From IMG/VR virus record IMGVR_UViG_3300029305_002995, positions 47,158 to 111,157 of that record: a stretch of 64,000 nt of DNA; one strand, given 5' to 3'. The position numbers and the translations under genes were made by a program. Source of the DNA: a virus (taxonomy: Duplodnaviria > Caudoviricetes). This document shows positions 50,826-62,700 of this stretch, piece after piece (the first letter of the stretch is position 1; the number at the start of each line of letters is the position of its first letter). The notes below the pieces were generated by a model. It did no database searches. It saw only the letters and a program-made list of their open reading frames with translations, and was not told the DNA's origin.

Positions 50826-52049
50826 ATGTCACGATTAAGTTATGAAGAACTTAACAGAATTAAAGAGCAACACAAAACAGACCGAATATGGTCTTGGAGT
50901 AGATTAGAATGTTTCCGCACTTCCCCTTATGAATATCTATTAAAGTATATCTTAAAGAAACAGGGCGATAAATGCGATAGCTGTTATACTACTTTAGGTA
51001 GTTGTTGTCATACTGCTTTAGAAAAATTCTATGGTGGTCAAATTACATACGAAGAAATGATTAATGATTTCGATGATAGCTATTTGACTGCTATTATTAT
51101 TGCAGGTTTAAGATTTAATAGAACCGATGATGAAAAAGACAAATCCATTGGTATGAAATATAATGAAAACTTGCGTCATTTCTTCCAAAATCACGTTGTA
51201 TATAAACAGAAATTAGCTTTAGAAGTTCCTATTGTTATTGATATAGACAACAACGTATTTGTAGGTTATGCCGATGCTGTATTTAGAGACGAAGAAGGTT
51301 GCTTTCATATTATAGATTTCAAATCATCTTCAATCTACTCTGGTAAAACTTTAGAAGAACATTCTGGACAATTAACTTTGTATGCTTTGGGGTTACATCA
51401 AAAGGGCGTTCCATTAGATAAAATCAAAATTGCCTTCAACTTTTTGAAATATTGTACAATTACATATCCACAAAAGAATGGCAAAATTAAAGAAACTAAT
51501 TGTGAACGTAGTAAAATCGGAGAAAAGCTTCAAGCGTCTGCTAAAACTTGGTTAAAAGCGTGTGGTTATGATGAAAATACCATAAATGAGCATTTAAAAC
51601 TTATGCTTGATACTAATTCTATTGCATATCTTCCAGAAGAAGTTAAATCTAAATATACAATTACTGATTGCCATGTATATGTAGATGATTTGGAATCTTT
51701 AGTAGAAAAATGGACAGATGTTATTCAATCAACTATTAAAGATATTAGATTGCGTGAAGCAGATTATGAACGTACTAAATCTGACAAATGTTTCTGGGAC
51801 ACTGACGAAAGTGTAAAGGCACAAAGTTATTACTTTGCTAATTTATGTGATTACTCCCCTAACCTGCATCTTCCATATAAAGAATATCTTGAAAAATTAG
51901 AACTTGCTAAAGGCGTAAGTGTATTTGATAGTGTTGGTAACGATGTTGATTCTGTTGAGCCAACATTAAATAATGTTTCAGATAGTAAGGTTATAAGTCA
52001 AAAGAAAGATGAAGTAGATTTATCTTGGTTAAATGATTTGGAATTGTAG
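50826..52049 (+). CDS. PD-(D/E)XK nuclease (RecB/Cas4-like)
   Basis: WSWSRL, GYAD, IIDFKSS, QLTLYA. Confidence 0.85.
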   Translation: MSRLSYEELNRIKEQHKTDRIWSWSRLECFRTSPYEYLLKYILKKQGDKCDSCYTTLGSCCHTALEKFYGGQITYEEMINDFDDSYLTAIIIAGLRFNRTDDEKDKSIGMKYNENLRHFFQNHVVYKQKLALEVPIVIDIDNNVFVGYADAVFRDEEGCFHIIDFKSSSIYSGKTLEEHSGQLTLYALGLHQKGVPLDKIKIAFNFLKYCTITYPQKNGKIKETNCERSKIGEKLQASAKTWLKACGYDENTINEHLKLMLDTNSIAYLPEEVKSKYTITDCHVYVDDLESLVEKWTDVIQSTIKDIRLREADYERTKSDKCFWDTDESVKAQSYYFANLCDYSPNLHLPYKEYLEKLELAKGVSVFDSVGNDVDSVEPTLNNVSDSKVISQKKDEVDLSWLNDLEL

Positions 52050-52054
52050 GTGTA

Positions 52055-52765
52055 TTGATTTTGCGTTATCAAGGCGGTAAATCCAGAATAGCTTCTCAAA
52101 TCGCTGAAATTATCCAGAGAGAGAGAGAGAGAGAAAGTAATGTATTAGTTAGTTTGTTTTGTGGTAGTTGTGCTGTAGAAAGTAAATTATCTTCTAATTT
52201 TGATAAGTTAATTTGCAATGACAATAATTTATATTTAATTGCTTTATTACAAGGTGTTCAAAATGGATATGTATTACCAGAAAAGATTTCCAAAGAACAA
52301 TATCATCAAATTAAAAACAATAAAGATATAGATAAAACACTGACTGGTTTTGTTGGATTCGGTTGTTCTTTTGGTGGTAAGTGGTTTGGTGGTTATGCCA
52401 GTGATTCTACGGGTACTAATTATGCATTACAATCTAAAAAATCGTTACTAAAAGACTTAATTCCAATGTTAAACAAAACAGAATTTATATGTATGGATTA
52501 TAAAAACGTTGTTATTCCAAAAGGAGCAATAGTGTATTGTGACCCACCATATAAAGATACTACTGGTTATGGTAATAAATTTAACCATGAAACATTTTGG
52601 GATTATATGAGAACGTTATCAAAGACACATAAGGTTTTCATTTCTGAACAAACTGCTCCAGACGATTTTAAGTGTATTTGGGAAAAACCATTGACACGAA
52701 CATTAGATAGAAACAAATCTAATCAATTTAAATCAACTGAAAAATTGTTTATTTTTAATCCATAA
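52055..52765 (+). CDS. Dam/D12-class DNA adenine methyltransferase
   Basis: YQGGKSR, FCGS, YCDPPY. Confidence 0.9.
   Translation: MILRYQGGKSRIASQIAEIIQRERERESNVLVSLFCGSCAVESKLSSNFDKLICNDNNLYLIALLQGVQNGYVLPEKISKEQYHQIKNNKDIDKTLTGFVGFGCSFGGKWFGGYASDSTGTNYALQSKKSLLKDLIPMLNKTEFICMDYKNVVIPKGAIVYCDPPYKDTTGYGNKFNHETFWDYMRTLSKTHKVFISEQTAPDDFKCIWEKPLTRTLDRNKSNQFKSTEKLFIFNP
52116..52133 (+). repeat. (AG)9 tract in the 5' part of the MTase
   Basis: CAGAGAGAGAGAGAGAGAGAAAG, encoding QRERERES. Confidence 0.9.
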
Positions 52766-52793
52766 AAAATTCATTTTAAGAGGTGGTGATATT

Positions 52794-53000
52794 ATGAATA
52801 ATAAGAATTTTCCAGAATGTCAGTATTGTTTGTACGGTAATTCAAATAAAAACGAAGAACCATTTGATTGCCTATGTAATCAATTAAAATATTCTTTGAA
52901 TGAATCTGTTCTTAGTATCCCCTTCTTAAAATTATTTGCAGACCCTTATTTAGAATGTTCTGCTTTTGTAAGAGATTTTGGTGAATGGAGAATAGACTAA
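52794..53000 (+). CDS. Small hypothetical protein
   Basis: GAGGTGG RBS. Confidence 0.55.
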   Translation: MNNKNFPECQYCLYGNSNKNEEPFDCLCNQLKYSLNESVLSIPFLKLFADPYLECSAFVRDFGEWRID

Positions 53001-53332
53001 TGAAACGATTATCTAAGTCTGAATATCAATATAGAATTAAGTGTGTTCAAGAACATCATCTAAATAAACAGAAGCAAAAATTATTAGATGAACTGATATA
53101 TAAATCTGTATTGAAAGGATTCAACTATCGGTATGCATACAATCATTGGAATTTAATAACAGTAATGATTAGTTTTGAATTAGCAAGTCAAGAAGCAAAA
53201 AAAAACACTGAAAGTTTTCAAAAGATGATAGATGCTTTTAATAGTTTGGGAAACGCTGTTGTGACAAATTCAGCAAATAATAAGTATTGGTGTAAGAGGG
53301 ATTCTAATGGCAAAGATTCATATTCATACTAA
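52985..53332 (+). CDS. Hypothetical protein
   Basis: ORF track. Confidence 0.55.
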   Translation: MENRLMKRLSKSEYQYRIKCVQEHHLNKQKQKLLDELIYKSVLKGFNYRYAYNHWNLITVMISFELASQEAKKNTESFQKMIDAFNSLGNAVVTNSANNKYWCKRDSNGKDSYSY

Positions 53333-56300
53333 GTATAGTTTGTTAGATGCTATCATTGAACCAGAATTGCTTGTACAAAAATTGGTAGAACAAGGTGAAA
53401 CCGCCTTGTGCGTTACTGAACATGGCAATGTATACTCAAATGTTGAAGTCTATAAGCTATGTAAACAATATGGCATTAAATATTTGTATGGTTGTGAAAT
53501 GTATATTTGTAATGATGTACATGAACAAAATAAAAATAGTAAATATAATCATTTAGTTGTTATAGCTAAAAACGAAACAGGTAGAATCAATTTAAATAAA
53601 TTAGTGTCTTTGTCTTGTAATTATAAGTATTACGGAAAACCACGAATTGACTTAAATATGCTGACACAACATAAAGATGGTTTAATCGTATTGTCTGCGT
53701 GTATGGCAGGTGAAGTACAAAGAGCGTTAGTAAACAATAATATTGATGAAGCCAAAAAAATAGTTAATACTTATAAGCAATTATTTGGTGAAGATTATTA
53801 CTTAGAATATCAGAGTCATTCAGAAGAAACACAACAGTTTCTTAATAGAATGATTGTTGATTTAGCAAAAGAATTGAATGTTAAATACGTTGTTACTACA
53901 GATGCCCATTACCTTAATAAATTAGACCAAAAATATCATAATGTGTTTGTTCAAATAGGACAGGCTCGTGAGGTTGGCGAAACATACAATGATTGCTATG
54001 TTCAGTCTAATGATGAAATTCTTAGTATTTGTAAAAGTACCACCAAAGAAGAAAATCTAACAGCGATTAAAAATACAAATGAAATTGCTGACAAATGTAA
54101 TGTAGAGTTGCCTTTGTCAGCACCTATTATGCCACATAACACTAAAGTTCCAGAACGTTTTAAGAATGAACTTGAATATCTGTCTTATTTATGTACAGAA
54201 GGATGGAAAAATAAGAAAATCTACTTAAAGCCCAACAAAGATGTTTATAAGGAACGTTTGAAATATGAATTATCTGCAATTAAAAAAATGGGATTTGAAG
54301 GTTATTTCTTATTAGTATATAGTTATGCTAATTCAGTAAAACGTAGAGGAATTGCCAGAGGTTCAGCAGGTGGTAGTTTGGTATGTTATTTGTCTAATAT
54401 TACCGATATTGACCCAATTGAATATGGTTTGTATTTTGAACGTTTTATTGATGTAGGTGCATTAGATTTACTGGAAAAAGGGCTTATTACAAGTAAGGAA
54501 TTAAAAATTCCAGATGTAGACTCAGACTTTGGCAAGACAGACAGAGAAAAAGTTTTACAATATGTTATTGATAAATTTGGCAAAGAACGTGTTGCCAGCC
54601 TTGGTTCTTTTCAGTATATTTGGGCAAAAGGTGCAATTAAAGATATTGGTAAAGTCTTAAATATTCCTTTTACTATTACTAATGAAATGACTCGTAGTTT
54701 GGAAAATGAAACGATTAAAGAAGTAATCGAATTAGGCTTGTTAGACAGATATAAAGAACAATATCCAGAATTGTTTGTATATACAGAAAAGCTTGCAGGA
54801 TTACCCAAGTCATTTTCTGCTCATCCTTGCGGAAAAGTTGTGTGCATGGAAGATATTATGTATTACAATGCAACTGATATTAATGACAAAGGTGAAGTTA
54901 TTCTCCAAGGCGATATGCATACAGCAGATGATTTGGGTTTAGTTAAGGCAGACTTTTTAGGACTTAGAACTATCGATGTTATTTACGATACTTTAGATTT
55001 AATTGGTAAAGACTATGAATATATCGCCCCACATAATATCAATCTACATGATGAAAAAGTATGGGATAATTTCAGAAAAGGCTTTACTTCTGGTATCTTC
55101 CAGTTTGAATCTGATGGTATGAAAGATACATTAAAAAAGATTGATTGTAGTTGTATTGACGACTTGACTACTGCTAATGCTTTGTTTAGACCCGGTTCTT
55201 TGAAATTTATTGATAATTATGGTAATCGTAAATTGGGAACAGAAGAAATTACTTATATCCATGATGATTTAATTCCTATTCTTAAAAATAGTTATGGTAT
55301 TATTGTGTATCAAGAACAATTAATTGAAATTGGTAGACTTGCCAAACTATCAAATCCAGATAAGCTTAGAAAAGCTACTGGTAAAAAAAATCCTAAATTG
55401 TTAGCGGAAATTCAACCAGAATTGTTTAAAAACTTAGCTGATAAAGGATGGACACAAGAACAATTAAATAACCTATGGGAAACTATGTTGGATTTTGCAA
55501 AGTATTCTTTTAATAAATCTCATGCCGCAGCCTATGCTTTAATTGCGTATATTTGTATGTATTTAAAAACATATCATCCTAAAGAGTTTTTGTGTTCTTG
55601 GATAAATTCGGTTGCTACTAAAACCGAAAAAGTTGCAGAATGTATTGAAGAAGCCAGACGAATGAACATTCCAATTTATCTTGGTAAATACAATAATTGT
55701 TCTGCTGTAACTGTTTTATATAAAGATGGTATTATGATGGGTACAAATAGTATTAAATATTGTAATGCTGAAATCGCTAATGAAATGATGTGTTTGCCTA
55801 CGAAACATCAATCTTTTGTTGAATTATTAGATGATATTCATAGTCAAACAAGTATTAACAATAGACAGTTAGATATTCTTATTGGTCTTAATTACTTTTC
55901 AGATTATGGTAAAAACAAACATCTTTCTAATATGACAGCTTTATATAATGGCATTAAAGAAAAAAATCCTTTGACCAAAAAAATTAAAACTGTTCTTCCT
56001 TCTATTAGAGAATGTAAAACAATTAAGATTGATAAATTAAGCTTGTATTCTCAGTACGGTATTACTCCTGCAATTATTGAACAGTGTGCTAATAAAAAAA
56101 CTGATAAGCAATATTCTGAAATTGATAATGTAAAAATGTTGTCTTTAGTTGCACAGAATGCACCCAATGTTTCTATGTCGTTGCAAGAATACATTCAATT
56201 TGAGCAAGAATACTTAGAATATAATACCTACTTCAATCCTAATGTTAGTGCCAATTACTATATCGTTGTGAAGTTTGCAACTAATTCAGACCCTACAAAA

Positions 56301-56516
56301 CCTCGTATTACTTTACGACAACTACGAACTGGTGATGAAATTAAGACCAGAATTAAGTACAGTGCAACTTATAAGAAAAAACCATTTGGTGCTTATTCTG
56401 TTTTAGATATTGATTCTTTTGTAGAGCAAAATAAAACAAAATTAGTTAATGGTGAATGGACTAAAGTTGATGAAAAAGAATTGATTTTGGAAAATTATGA
56501 GGTAGTGAAAGAATGA
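53307..56516 (+). CDS. dnaE: DNA polymerase III alpha subunit
   Basis: PHP domain HIHTKYSLLD; RGSAGGS, PDVDSD, KADFLGL, FNKSH. Confidence 0.96.
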   Translation: MAKIHIHTKYSLLDAIIEPELLVQKLVEQGETALCVTEHGNVYSNVEVYKLCKQYGIKYLYGCEMYICNDVHEQNKNSKYNHLVVIAKNETGRINLNKLVSLSCNYKYYGKPRIDLNMLTQHKDGLIVLSACMAGEVQRALVNNNIDEAKKIVNTYKQLFGEDYYLEYQSHSEETQQFLNRMIVDLAKELNVKYVVTTDAHYLNKLDQKYHNVFVQIGQAREVGETYNDCYVQSNDEILSICKSTTKEENLTAIKNTNEIADKCNVELPLSAPIMPHNTKVPERFKNELEYLSYLCTEGWKNKKIYLKPNKDVYKERLKYELSAIKKMGFEGYFLLVYSYANSVKRRGIARGSAGGSLVCYLSNITDIDPIEYGLYFERFIDVGALDLLEKGLITSKELKIPDVDSDFGKTDREKVLQYVIDKFGKERVASLGSFQYIWAKGAIKDIGKVLNIPFTITNEMTRSLENETIKEVIELGLLDRYKEQYPELFVYTEKLAGLPKSFSAHPCGKVVCMEDIMYYNATDINDKGEVILQGDMHTADDLGLVKADFLGLRTIDVIYDTLDLIGKDYEYIAPHNINLHDEKVWDNFRKGFTSGIFQFESDGMKDTLKKIDCSCIDDLTTANALFRPGSLKFIDNYGNRKLGTEEITYIHDDLIPILKNSYGIIVYQEQLIEIGRLAKLSNPDKLRKATGKKNPKLLAEIQPELFKNLADKGWTQEQLNNLWETMLDFAKYSFNKSHAAAYALIAYICMYLKTYHPKEFLCSWINSVATKTEKVAECIEEARRMNIPIYLGKYNNCSAVTVLYKDGIMMGTNSIKYCNAEIANEMMCLPTKHQSFVELLDDIHSQTSINNRQLDILIGLNYFSDYGKNKHLSNMTALYNGIKEKNPLTKKIKTVLPSIRECKTIKIDKLSLYSQYGITPAIIEQCANKKTDKQYSEIDNVKMLSLVAQNAPNVSMSLQEYIQFEQEYLEYNTYFNPNVSANYYIVVKFATNSDPTKPRITLRQLRTGDEIKTRIKYSATYKKKPFGAYSVLDIDSFVEQNKTKLVNGEWTKVDEKELILENYEVVKE

Positions 56517-58834
56517 ATAAAGAAGAAAAGCGAGTTGAATTTACAGGACGCACAGATAGATGTGTTTATGACTCAGACTCATATAAAGTGTATGGTTTCG
56601 TAGTAGATAAAGCTCAATATCCAGATATTAAAAGAAATAAATACAACAATGTGACTGTTGTAGGCGATTTGCCAGACCTTATCTTTGGTTCTGATTATCA
56701 TATTTACGCTATTGAGCAAGAGTCTAAATACGGTATCAGTTATAAGGTTGTTACCATTTCGAAAGATGCTCCTACCACTCCAGAAGGTGTTTATAAGTTC
56801 TTAACTGAAATCTTGACATTAAACCAAGCTAAAACTTTGTATGAACATTATCCAGACATTATTGACCGAGTAAGAGAAGATAGATTGGATGATATTGACT
56901 TAAATAAATTGAATGGTATTAAAGAATACACTTTCAATGTTATTAAGCGTAAAATCACAGAAAATTTCGCATTGTTCGAATTGGTGTCAGAGTTCCAAGG
57001 TTATTTAACCTTATCTATGATTAGAAAGATTTTTGAAAAGTATAATTCGATTTTGAAGTTCAAGCATGAATTAGCTAAATCTCCTTATGAGTGTTTATGT
57101 ACGTTAGCTGGTGTAGGTTTTAAGACTGCTGACAAGATTCTGTTACAACTTGAAAAACTGTCAGAAGAAAATAAAGAACAAGACAAAGAACCTATCGTAC
57201 AATTTAATTATGATTTGGCTACCAGTTCTCAAAGATGTTTAGCTTGTGCTTTGTATTTGTTATCTGAAAATGAAAACGATGGACATACTAAAATGAACGC
57301 CGCTGATTTACGGAAGGAAATCAATAGTATTGTTCCGCAATGTGCTTATCAGTTTGAAAACATCATTAAAGATAAAGATATTTATTACGATGAAACTAAT
57401 ATGGACATTGCTTTAATGAAAACTTATAATACCGAAAAATACATTGCAGACACCATTAAACAAGCCCTTGCACAGACCCCTACAACATGGAAAGTAGATA
57501 TAGAACAGTATCGTCATGTAGATGGTTTTGAGCTTTCAGACGAACAGCTACACGCTCTGAGCAACGCTTGTAGCAATAAAATCAGCATTTTAAACGGTTT
57601 TGCAGGTTGTGGTAAATCTTTGTCTGTTAAAGCAATCGTTAAAATGTTAGAGGATAGTCGTTATACTTATCGTCTTATGACTCCTACTGGCAAAAGTAGT
57701 AAGGTACTTGCAAACTTTACACATAGAGACGCTTCTACTATTCATCGTGGTTTAGGTTACAATCCATCATATGGTGAGAATCCTTGGACGATTAACAAAA
57801 CCAATCCTTTAACTTGCGATATTGTTATTGTAGACGAGTTCTCTATGGTAGATATTCATGTTTTTGCAAGATTAATTGATGCTATCGATTTTAGTAGAAC
57901 AAGGCTTATGTTAATTGGCGATGCTGCTCAGTTACCTTCTGTTGGTTGCGGTAATTTATTGCACGACTTCATTCAATCTAAAACCATTCCAATCACTACG
58001 TTGACTAAGGTGTTCCGTTACTCTGATGGTGGTTTAATGAAAATTGCTACTGATGTAAGAAACACTACGCCTTATTTGAATAGTTCAATGAAAAGAAGCA
58101 TGACTTCATTTGGTGAGAACAAGGATTATACTTTCGTAGATTTAGATGCTTCTGCTATTCCTGCAAGTGCTGTTGCACTATATGAAAAACTACTTAAAGC
58201 AGGTAATACAGTAGATAATATCAGAGTTTTATCCGCACAAAATATCGGTAATTGTGGTACTGTTGTTCTTAATAATTTAATTCAAAAAGTAGCCAATCCG
58301 AATTATGGTAGTGATAGAAATATGAAGATTGGTGACACAACGTATTACGAGCAAGATTTGGTTGTTCAAAAAGCTAATAACTATACTGCTATGATTGACC
58401 CAGAACACTATACAGCAGAAGAACGTGATTTAATTGATTTTGGGGAAATTGAACCGCTAACTGCATTTATTGCTAATGGTGAAAGTGGTATTATTACCAA
58501 CGTTGGCAACAGTCATATTGTTATTCAGTTTGATAATGATGTATATGTTCGCTACGACAAGTCTGAAATTTCCCAAATGCTTAATTTAGGTTATGCTACT
58601 TCTATTCACAAATCACAGGGCGAATCTATTGATAATATTATTGTTTGTACTCCACAAAGTCATATTTATATGTTGAATAGCAATTTGATTTATGTTGGAT
58701 TGACTCGAATGAAAAAGAAATGTTTTCATTTGGGCGCGGTGCAAACAATCAATCAAGCTGTGGTAAAAAAAGCCAATTTAACCAGACATACTTTTATCCA
58801 AGATATGTTAAAGACTACGGAAGAAAATAATTAA
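56513..58834 (+). CDS. recD2: RecD2-like SF1B helicase
   Basis: GVGFKTAD HhH, GFAGCGKS, VDEFSM, GDAAQLPSVG, HKSQG. Confidence 0.93.
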   Translation: MNKEEKRVEFTGRTDRCVYDSDSYKVYGFVVDKAQYPDIKRNKYNNVTVVGDLPDLIFGSDYHIYAIEQESKYGISYKVVTISKDAPTTPEGVYKFLTEILTLNQAKTLYEHYPDIIDRVREDRLDDIDLNKLNGIKEYTFNVIKRKITENFALFELVSEFQGYLTLSMIRKIFEKYNSILKFKHELAKSPYECLCTLAGVGFKTADKILLQLEKLSEENKEQDKEPIVQFNYDLATSSQRCLACALYLLSENENDGHTKMNAADLRKEINSIVPQCAYQFENIIKDKDIYYDETNMDIALMKTYNTEKYIADTIKQALAQTPTTWKVDIEQYRHVDGFELSDEQLHALSNACSNKISILNGFAGCGKSLSVKAIVKMLEDSRYTYRLMTPTGKSSKVLANFTHRDASTIHRGLGYNPSYGENPWTINKTNPLTCDIVIVDEFSMVDIHVFARLIDAIDFSRTRLMLIGDAAQLPSVGCGNLLHDFIQSKTIPITTLTKVFRYSDGGLMKIATDVRNTTPYLNSSMKRSMTSFGENKDYTFVDLDASAIPASAVALYEKLLKAGNTVDNIRVLSAQNIGNCGTVVLNNLIQKVANPNYGSDRNMKIGDTTYYEQDLVVQKANNYTAMIDPEHYTAEERDLIDFGEIEPLTAFIANGESGIITNVGNSHIVIQFDNDVYVRYDKSEISQMLNLGYATSIHKSQGESIDNIIVCTPQSHIYMLNSNLIYVGLTRMKKKCFHLGAVQTINQAVVKKANLTRHTFIQDMLKTTEENN

Positions 58835-58954
58835 AATAATTATAAAGATATTGACATAACCTTACGTTCATGGTATAATAAGTATTGTAAAAGACGGTCT
58901 GCGTCTTAAATAAAATACCAAGAACGTAAGGTTATAAGTTATTTGGAGGTAATT

Positions 58955-59716
58955 ATGAAATATCAAAATCAAAGAAAACTTCTAACATTATTTTCCATTT
59001 TAATGTTGGTTGTTTTTTTCATTTGGATATTTGTTTTAATCATTGTAGATGAACCAGTAAAAAAACAAGTTGAAGATAGTAAGGTTATTGAAGTTGCAGG
59101 AGTAAGAATTAGTTTTCTTCCCTCCCCTGTTTTAGAAACTACACAGTTAAATGTTTTTGGATTAGAAAGTCATATTGTTGAAAATAGAGTTATTGAATTA
59201 AAAGAAGAAGTTGAATCTGTTCTGCTTTCCAATGAATTAGAATCTATTCAACCTTCTGTGTTTGTAGAAAACTATGATACATATAAATTATTTACTTTGC
59301 CACAAAATAGTGGATTTAAGTCTTATATGGATTATAGATGTATTACGTCTCCATCTTCTAATCAGTATAAATTGCAGTATGAATATGCTTATACTGGAAC
59401 TTATGGTATTAGAATGGTTGATAATAGATTTTGTATTGCGGTTGGTTCTGCTTTTAGAAGTCAAATTGGTCAATGTATGGATTTGATTCTTCAAAATGGA
59501 ACGATTATTCCTTGTGTAATGGCTGATTTAAAAGCAGACATTCACACTGATGCAACTAATGTCGTAACGTTACATAATGGTTGTGTAAGTGAATTTGTTG
59601 TAACTACAGAAGAATTAGATAGCTATGTTAAACTTCGTGGAGATATTTCAGCTTGCACTTCTGAATGGGAAAGTCCTGTAGTACAAATTAAACTTTATGA
59701 CCAGAGAGTATTTTAA
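58955..59716 (+). CDS. Membrane-anchored protein with conserved C-terminal domain
   Basis: N-terminal TM; KSYMDYR.IT...S.QY.LQ. Confidence 0.6.
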   Translation: MKYQNQRKLLTLFSILMLVVFFIWIFVLIIVDEPVKKQVEDSKVIEVAGVRISFLPSPVLETTQLNVFGLESHIVENRVIELKEEVESVLLSNELESIQPSVFVENYDTYKLFTLPQNSGFKSYMDYRCITSPSSNQYKLQYEYAYTGTYGIRMVDNRFCIAVGSAFRSQIGQCMDLILQNGTIIPCVMADLKADIHTDATNVVTLHNGCVSEFVVTTEELDSYVKLRGDISACTSEWESPVVQIKLYDQRVF

Positions 59717-59771
59717 CCTCTGTTTATTTTATATCCAAGATAATAAGGTTGTAAGTTAGGAAGTGATTTAC

Positions 59772-62700
59772 ATGACTGTACAAGAATGGTTAGGTGCAGA
59801 TAATGAATTAGGTATTAGTATATGGGAAAACAAATACCGTTTTAATGGCGAAAGTTTTGACGAATGGTTAGATAGAGTTTCTGGTGGAAACCAAGCTCTA
59901 AGACAATTGATTTTAGAAAAGAAATTCTTATTTGGTGGCAGAACTCTTGCTAATAGAGGTACTGGTAAAAAAGGTTCATTTAGTAACTGTTATTCTCGTG
60001 GTTTTATTAAAGATGACCTTGTAGACATTCTTCAAGCAAATGTAGATATTGGATTAACCTTTAAGGAACAAGGTGGACAAGGATTGTCTTTAAGTAAGTT
60101 AAGACCTAAAGGTTGTGGTATTAACAACGGACAATTTAAGTCTGATGGCATTATTCCATTTATGGAGATTTACAATAGAACTACCGAAAGCATTTCTCAA
60201 GGTGGTTCACGCAAAGGTGCTTTAATTATGACCTTGGATATTTGGCATAAAGAAGCTCAAGATTTTATTACCATCAAATCTCAAACAGGGAAAATTGAAA
60301 AAGCCAACTTATCCCTTGAAATCGATGATACTTTTATGGAGTATGTAGACCATTATTATAGAACTGGCGAAGAAATTACTGTAACTGTTCATCGTGATTA
60401 TAATGGCAATGAAATTGAATATGAAGTTTGTCCAATTAAATTATATAAATTAATGATGGAAAAAGCTTATGATTGGGCAGAACCCGGTTGTATTTTTGTA
60501 AATCCATTCAGAAACTATAATTTAATGGAACATTATGATGATTACCAGATTGAAACAAGTAATCCATGCGGTGTATATCTTGTTCGCCCCATGTAAATCA
60601 TTTCGTAAAATCGGTGAAGCCTAAACCGTTTGGCATGGTAATACCGAGTTCTCACTACAACATAGGAGAATGTAACGCATAGATGGTGAGCATTATGTGA
60701 GCAATAATCCATCCACGAGTACGGAACTTCGAATAGTATAATCTAAGGAAAGTGGAACCCTTTTGATTATATATAAAGCGACTAATATAAAAAACGGTAA
60801 AGTCTATATAGGACAAACTATTAATACTTTAGAATATCGAAAACAACAACATTTCAGAGAAGCTAAATCTAAACGAAGAAATACTGTTTATTTTCATAAT
60901 GCTTTATTAAAGTATGGATTTGACAATTTTGAATTTCAAGAAATTGACTATGCAACAACTATAGATGAATTAAATGAAAAAGAACGATATTGGATTCAAT
61001 ATTATAATTCTAATGATAAATCTTATGGTTATAATTTAGATTCTGGTGGCACTTCTGGTGGTACAAAATCCGAATCGACAAAACGTAAAATCGGAGAAAC
61101 TTCTAAAGCAAAATGGAATAATCCAGAAATAGCATCAAAAATGCTTGCGGGACTACAAAAAGGTGCTAATACTATGAAAAAGAACGTTAAAAGATTCCCT
61201 TTTGTATGTCCTATTTGCGGTCAAACTTTTTATTATCCAAAACATATTGCAGAAAATAAAAAGTATTGTAGTCAAAAATGTGCTTCTTTAAGTACGAATT
61301 ATATGAAAGGTGTTCTTCGAAGTGCAGAAGTTAATCATCAACGAAATATTGAAAGAAAGCAAAATATTAAAAAATGTATTATTGATTGGATAATGACCAA
61401 TAAAAATATTATATTAAATTGCCCTTTTAATAAAATTACTCCTACATTATCGTCTTTATCCGAAATATTATATCAACAATTCAATATTAAAGATATACGT
61501 TCAATTTTTATTTGTTTTGATGTTAAGAACAAAAAAGAATTATTGACAAAATTTAAAGAAATTATATTATTCGAAGAAAATATATGCTAAACAAGTCTGA
61601 ATTAACAGACGTATCTTATTGTGTGTGTTTTGGACACAATAAGTATGAAGGAAACTTCTTGAAGTAGAAGATAAAAAGCTTTTACGATAATATATGGGGC
61701 TTAGGAACAGCCCCTTCCAAAACACGGTGCGTGCAACCTTGGTAGTATTAATCTATCTGAATTTGTAGTAGACCCATTTACAGAAGATGCATATTTTGAT
61801 AATACTGCTTTTGAAGAAGCAGTTAAAATTGCAATTGAAGCATTAGATGTAATTTTAGATGAAAATATGAACAATCATGCTCTCTTAGAACAACGAGAAA
61901 TGGCGTTTAATTACCGTAATGTAGGACTTGGCATTATGGGTATGCATGATATGTTTATTAAAATGGGAAGAATGTATGGCGATGAAAGCAGCAAACGTAT
62001 TATCAACGCTATTATGGATGATATGTTTCAAACTGCTGTTATGGCAAGTAATGAATTAGCTAAAACTAAAGGTGCTTTCCCTAAATGTGTTTTGAATGAC
62101 GATAGAATCATTAATTCTGAAATTATTAAAAACCATAAATATAGCTTTGAGCCTTGGGAATTGCAATCTATTAAAAAATATGGTTTGCGTAACTGTAGTC
62201 TATTAAGTATTGCTCCTTCTGGTAGTATTGGTACTATGCTTAATATTTCTACAGGTTGTGAACCTCATTTCCAACTTTCTTATACACGCAAAACAGAAAG
62301 TTTAAATGATGGTAAAGAAAAATATTATAGTGTTGATGTTGATGTAGTGCAGAATTATCTTAGCAATAAAAATCTTAACGAATTAAATGGAACACTTCCT
62401 TATTATTTTAATACTTCTGCTGATATTAAATGGAAAGATAGAATTGATATGCAATCTATTTTGCAACAGCATATTGATACCGCTATTTCTTCCACTGTAA
62501 ATCTTCCAGAAGAAACCACAATTGAAGAAATTGAACAACTTTACCTCTATGCATATCAGAAAAAACTTAAAGGTATCACTATTTTTAGAAACAATTGCAA
62601 AAGACTTGGTATTTTGACTACTAATGACAATTCAAAGAAAAAAGGCATCAAATCTAATGACATTTCAAATAAAGAACTGCCCACCCTTCCTACCGAAGTT

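Noticed and set aside
50826-52049. Cas4 as part of a CRISPR system
   Set aside because: The PD-(D/E)XK nuclease lies in the replication operon with no cas context.
57465-57600. Further copy of the ~95-bp element inside recD2
   Set aside because: Only a loose resemblance, and it lies within coding sequence.
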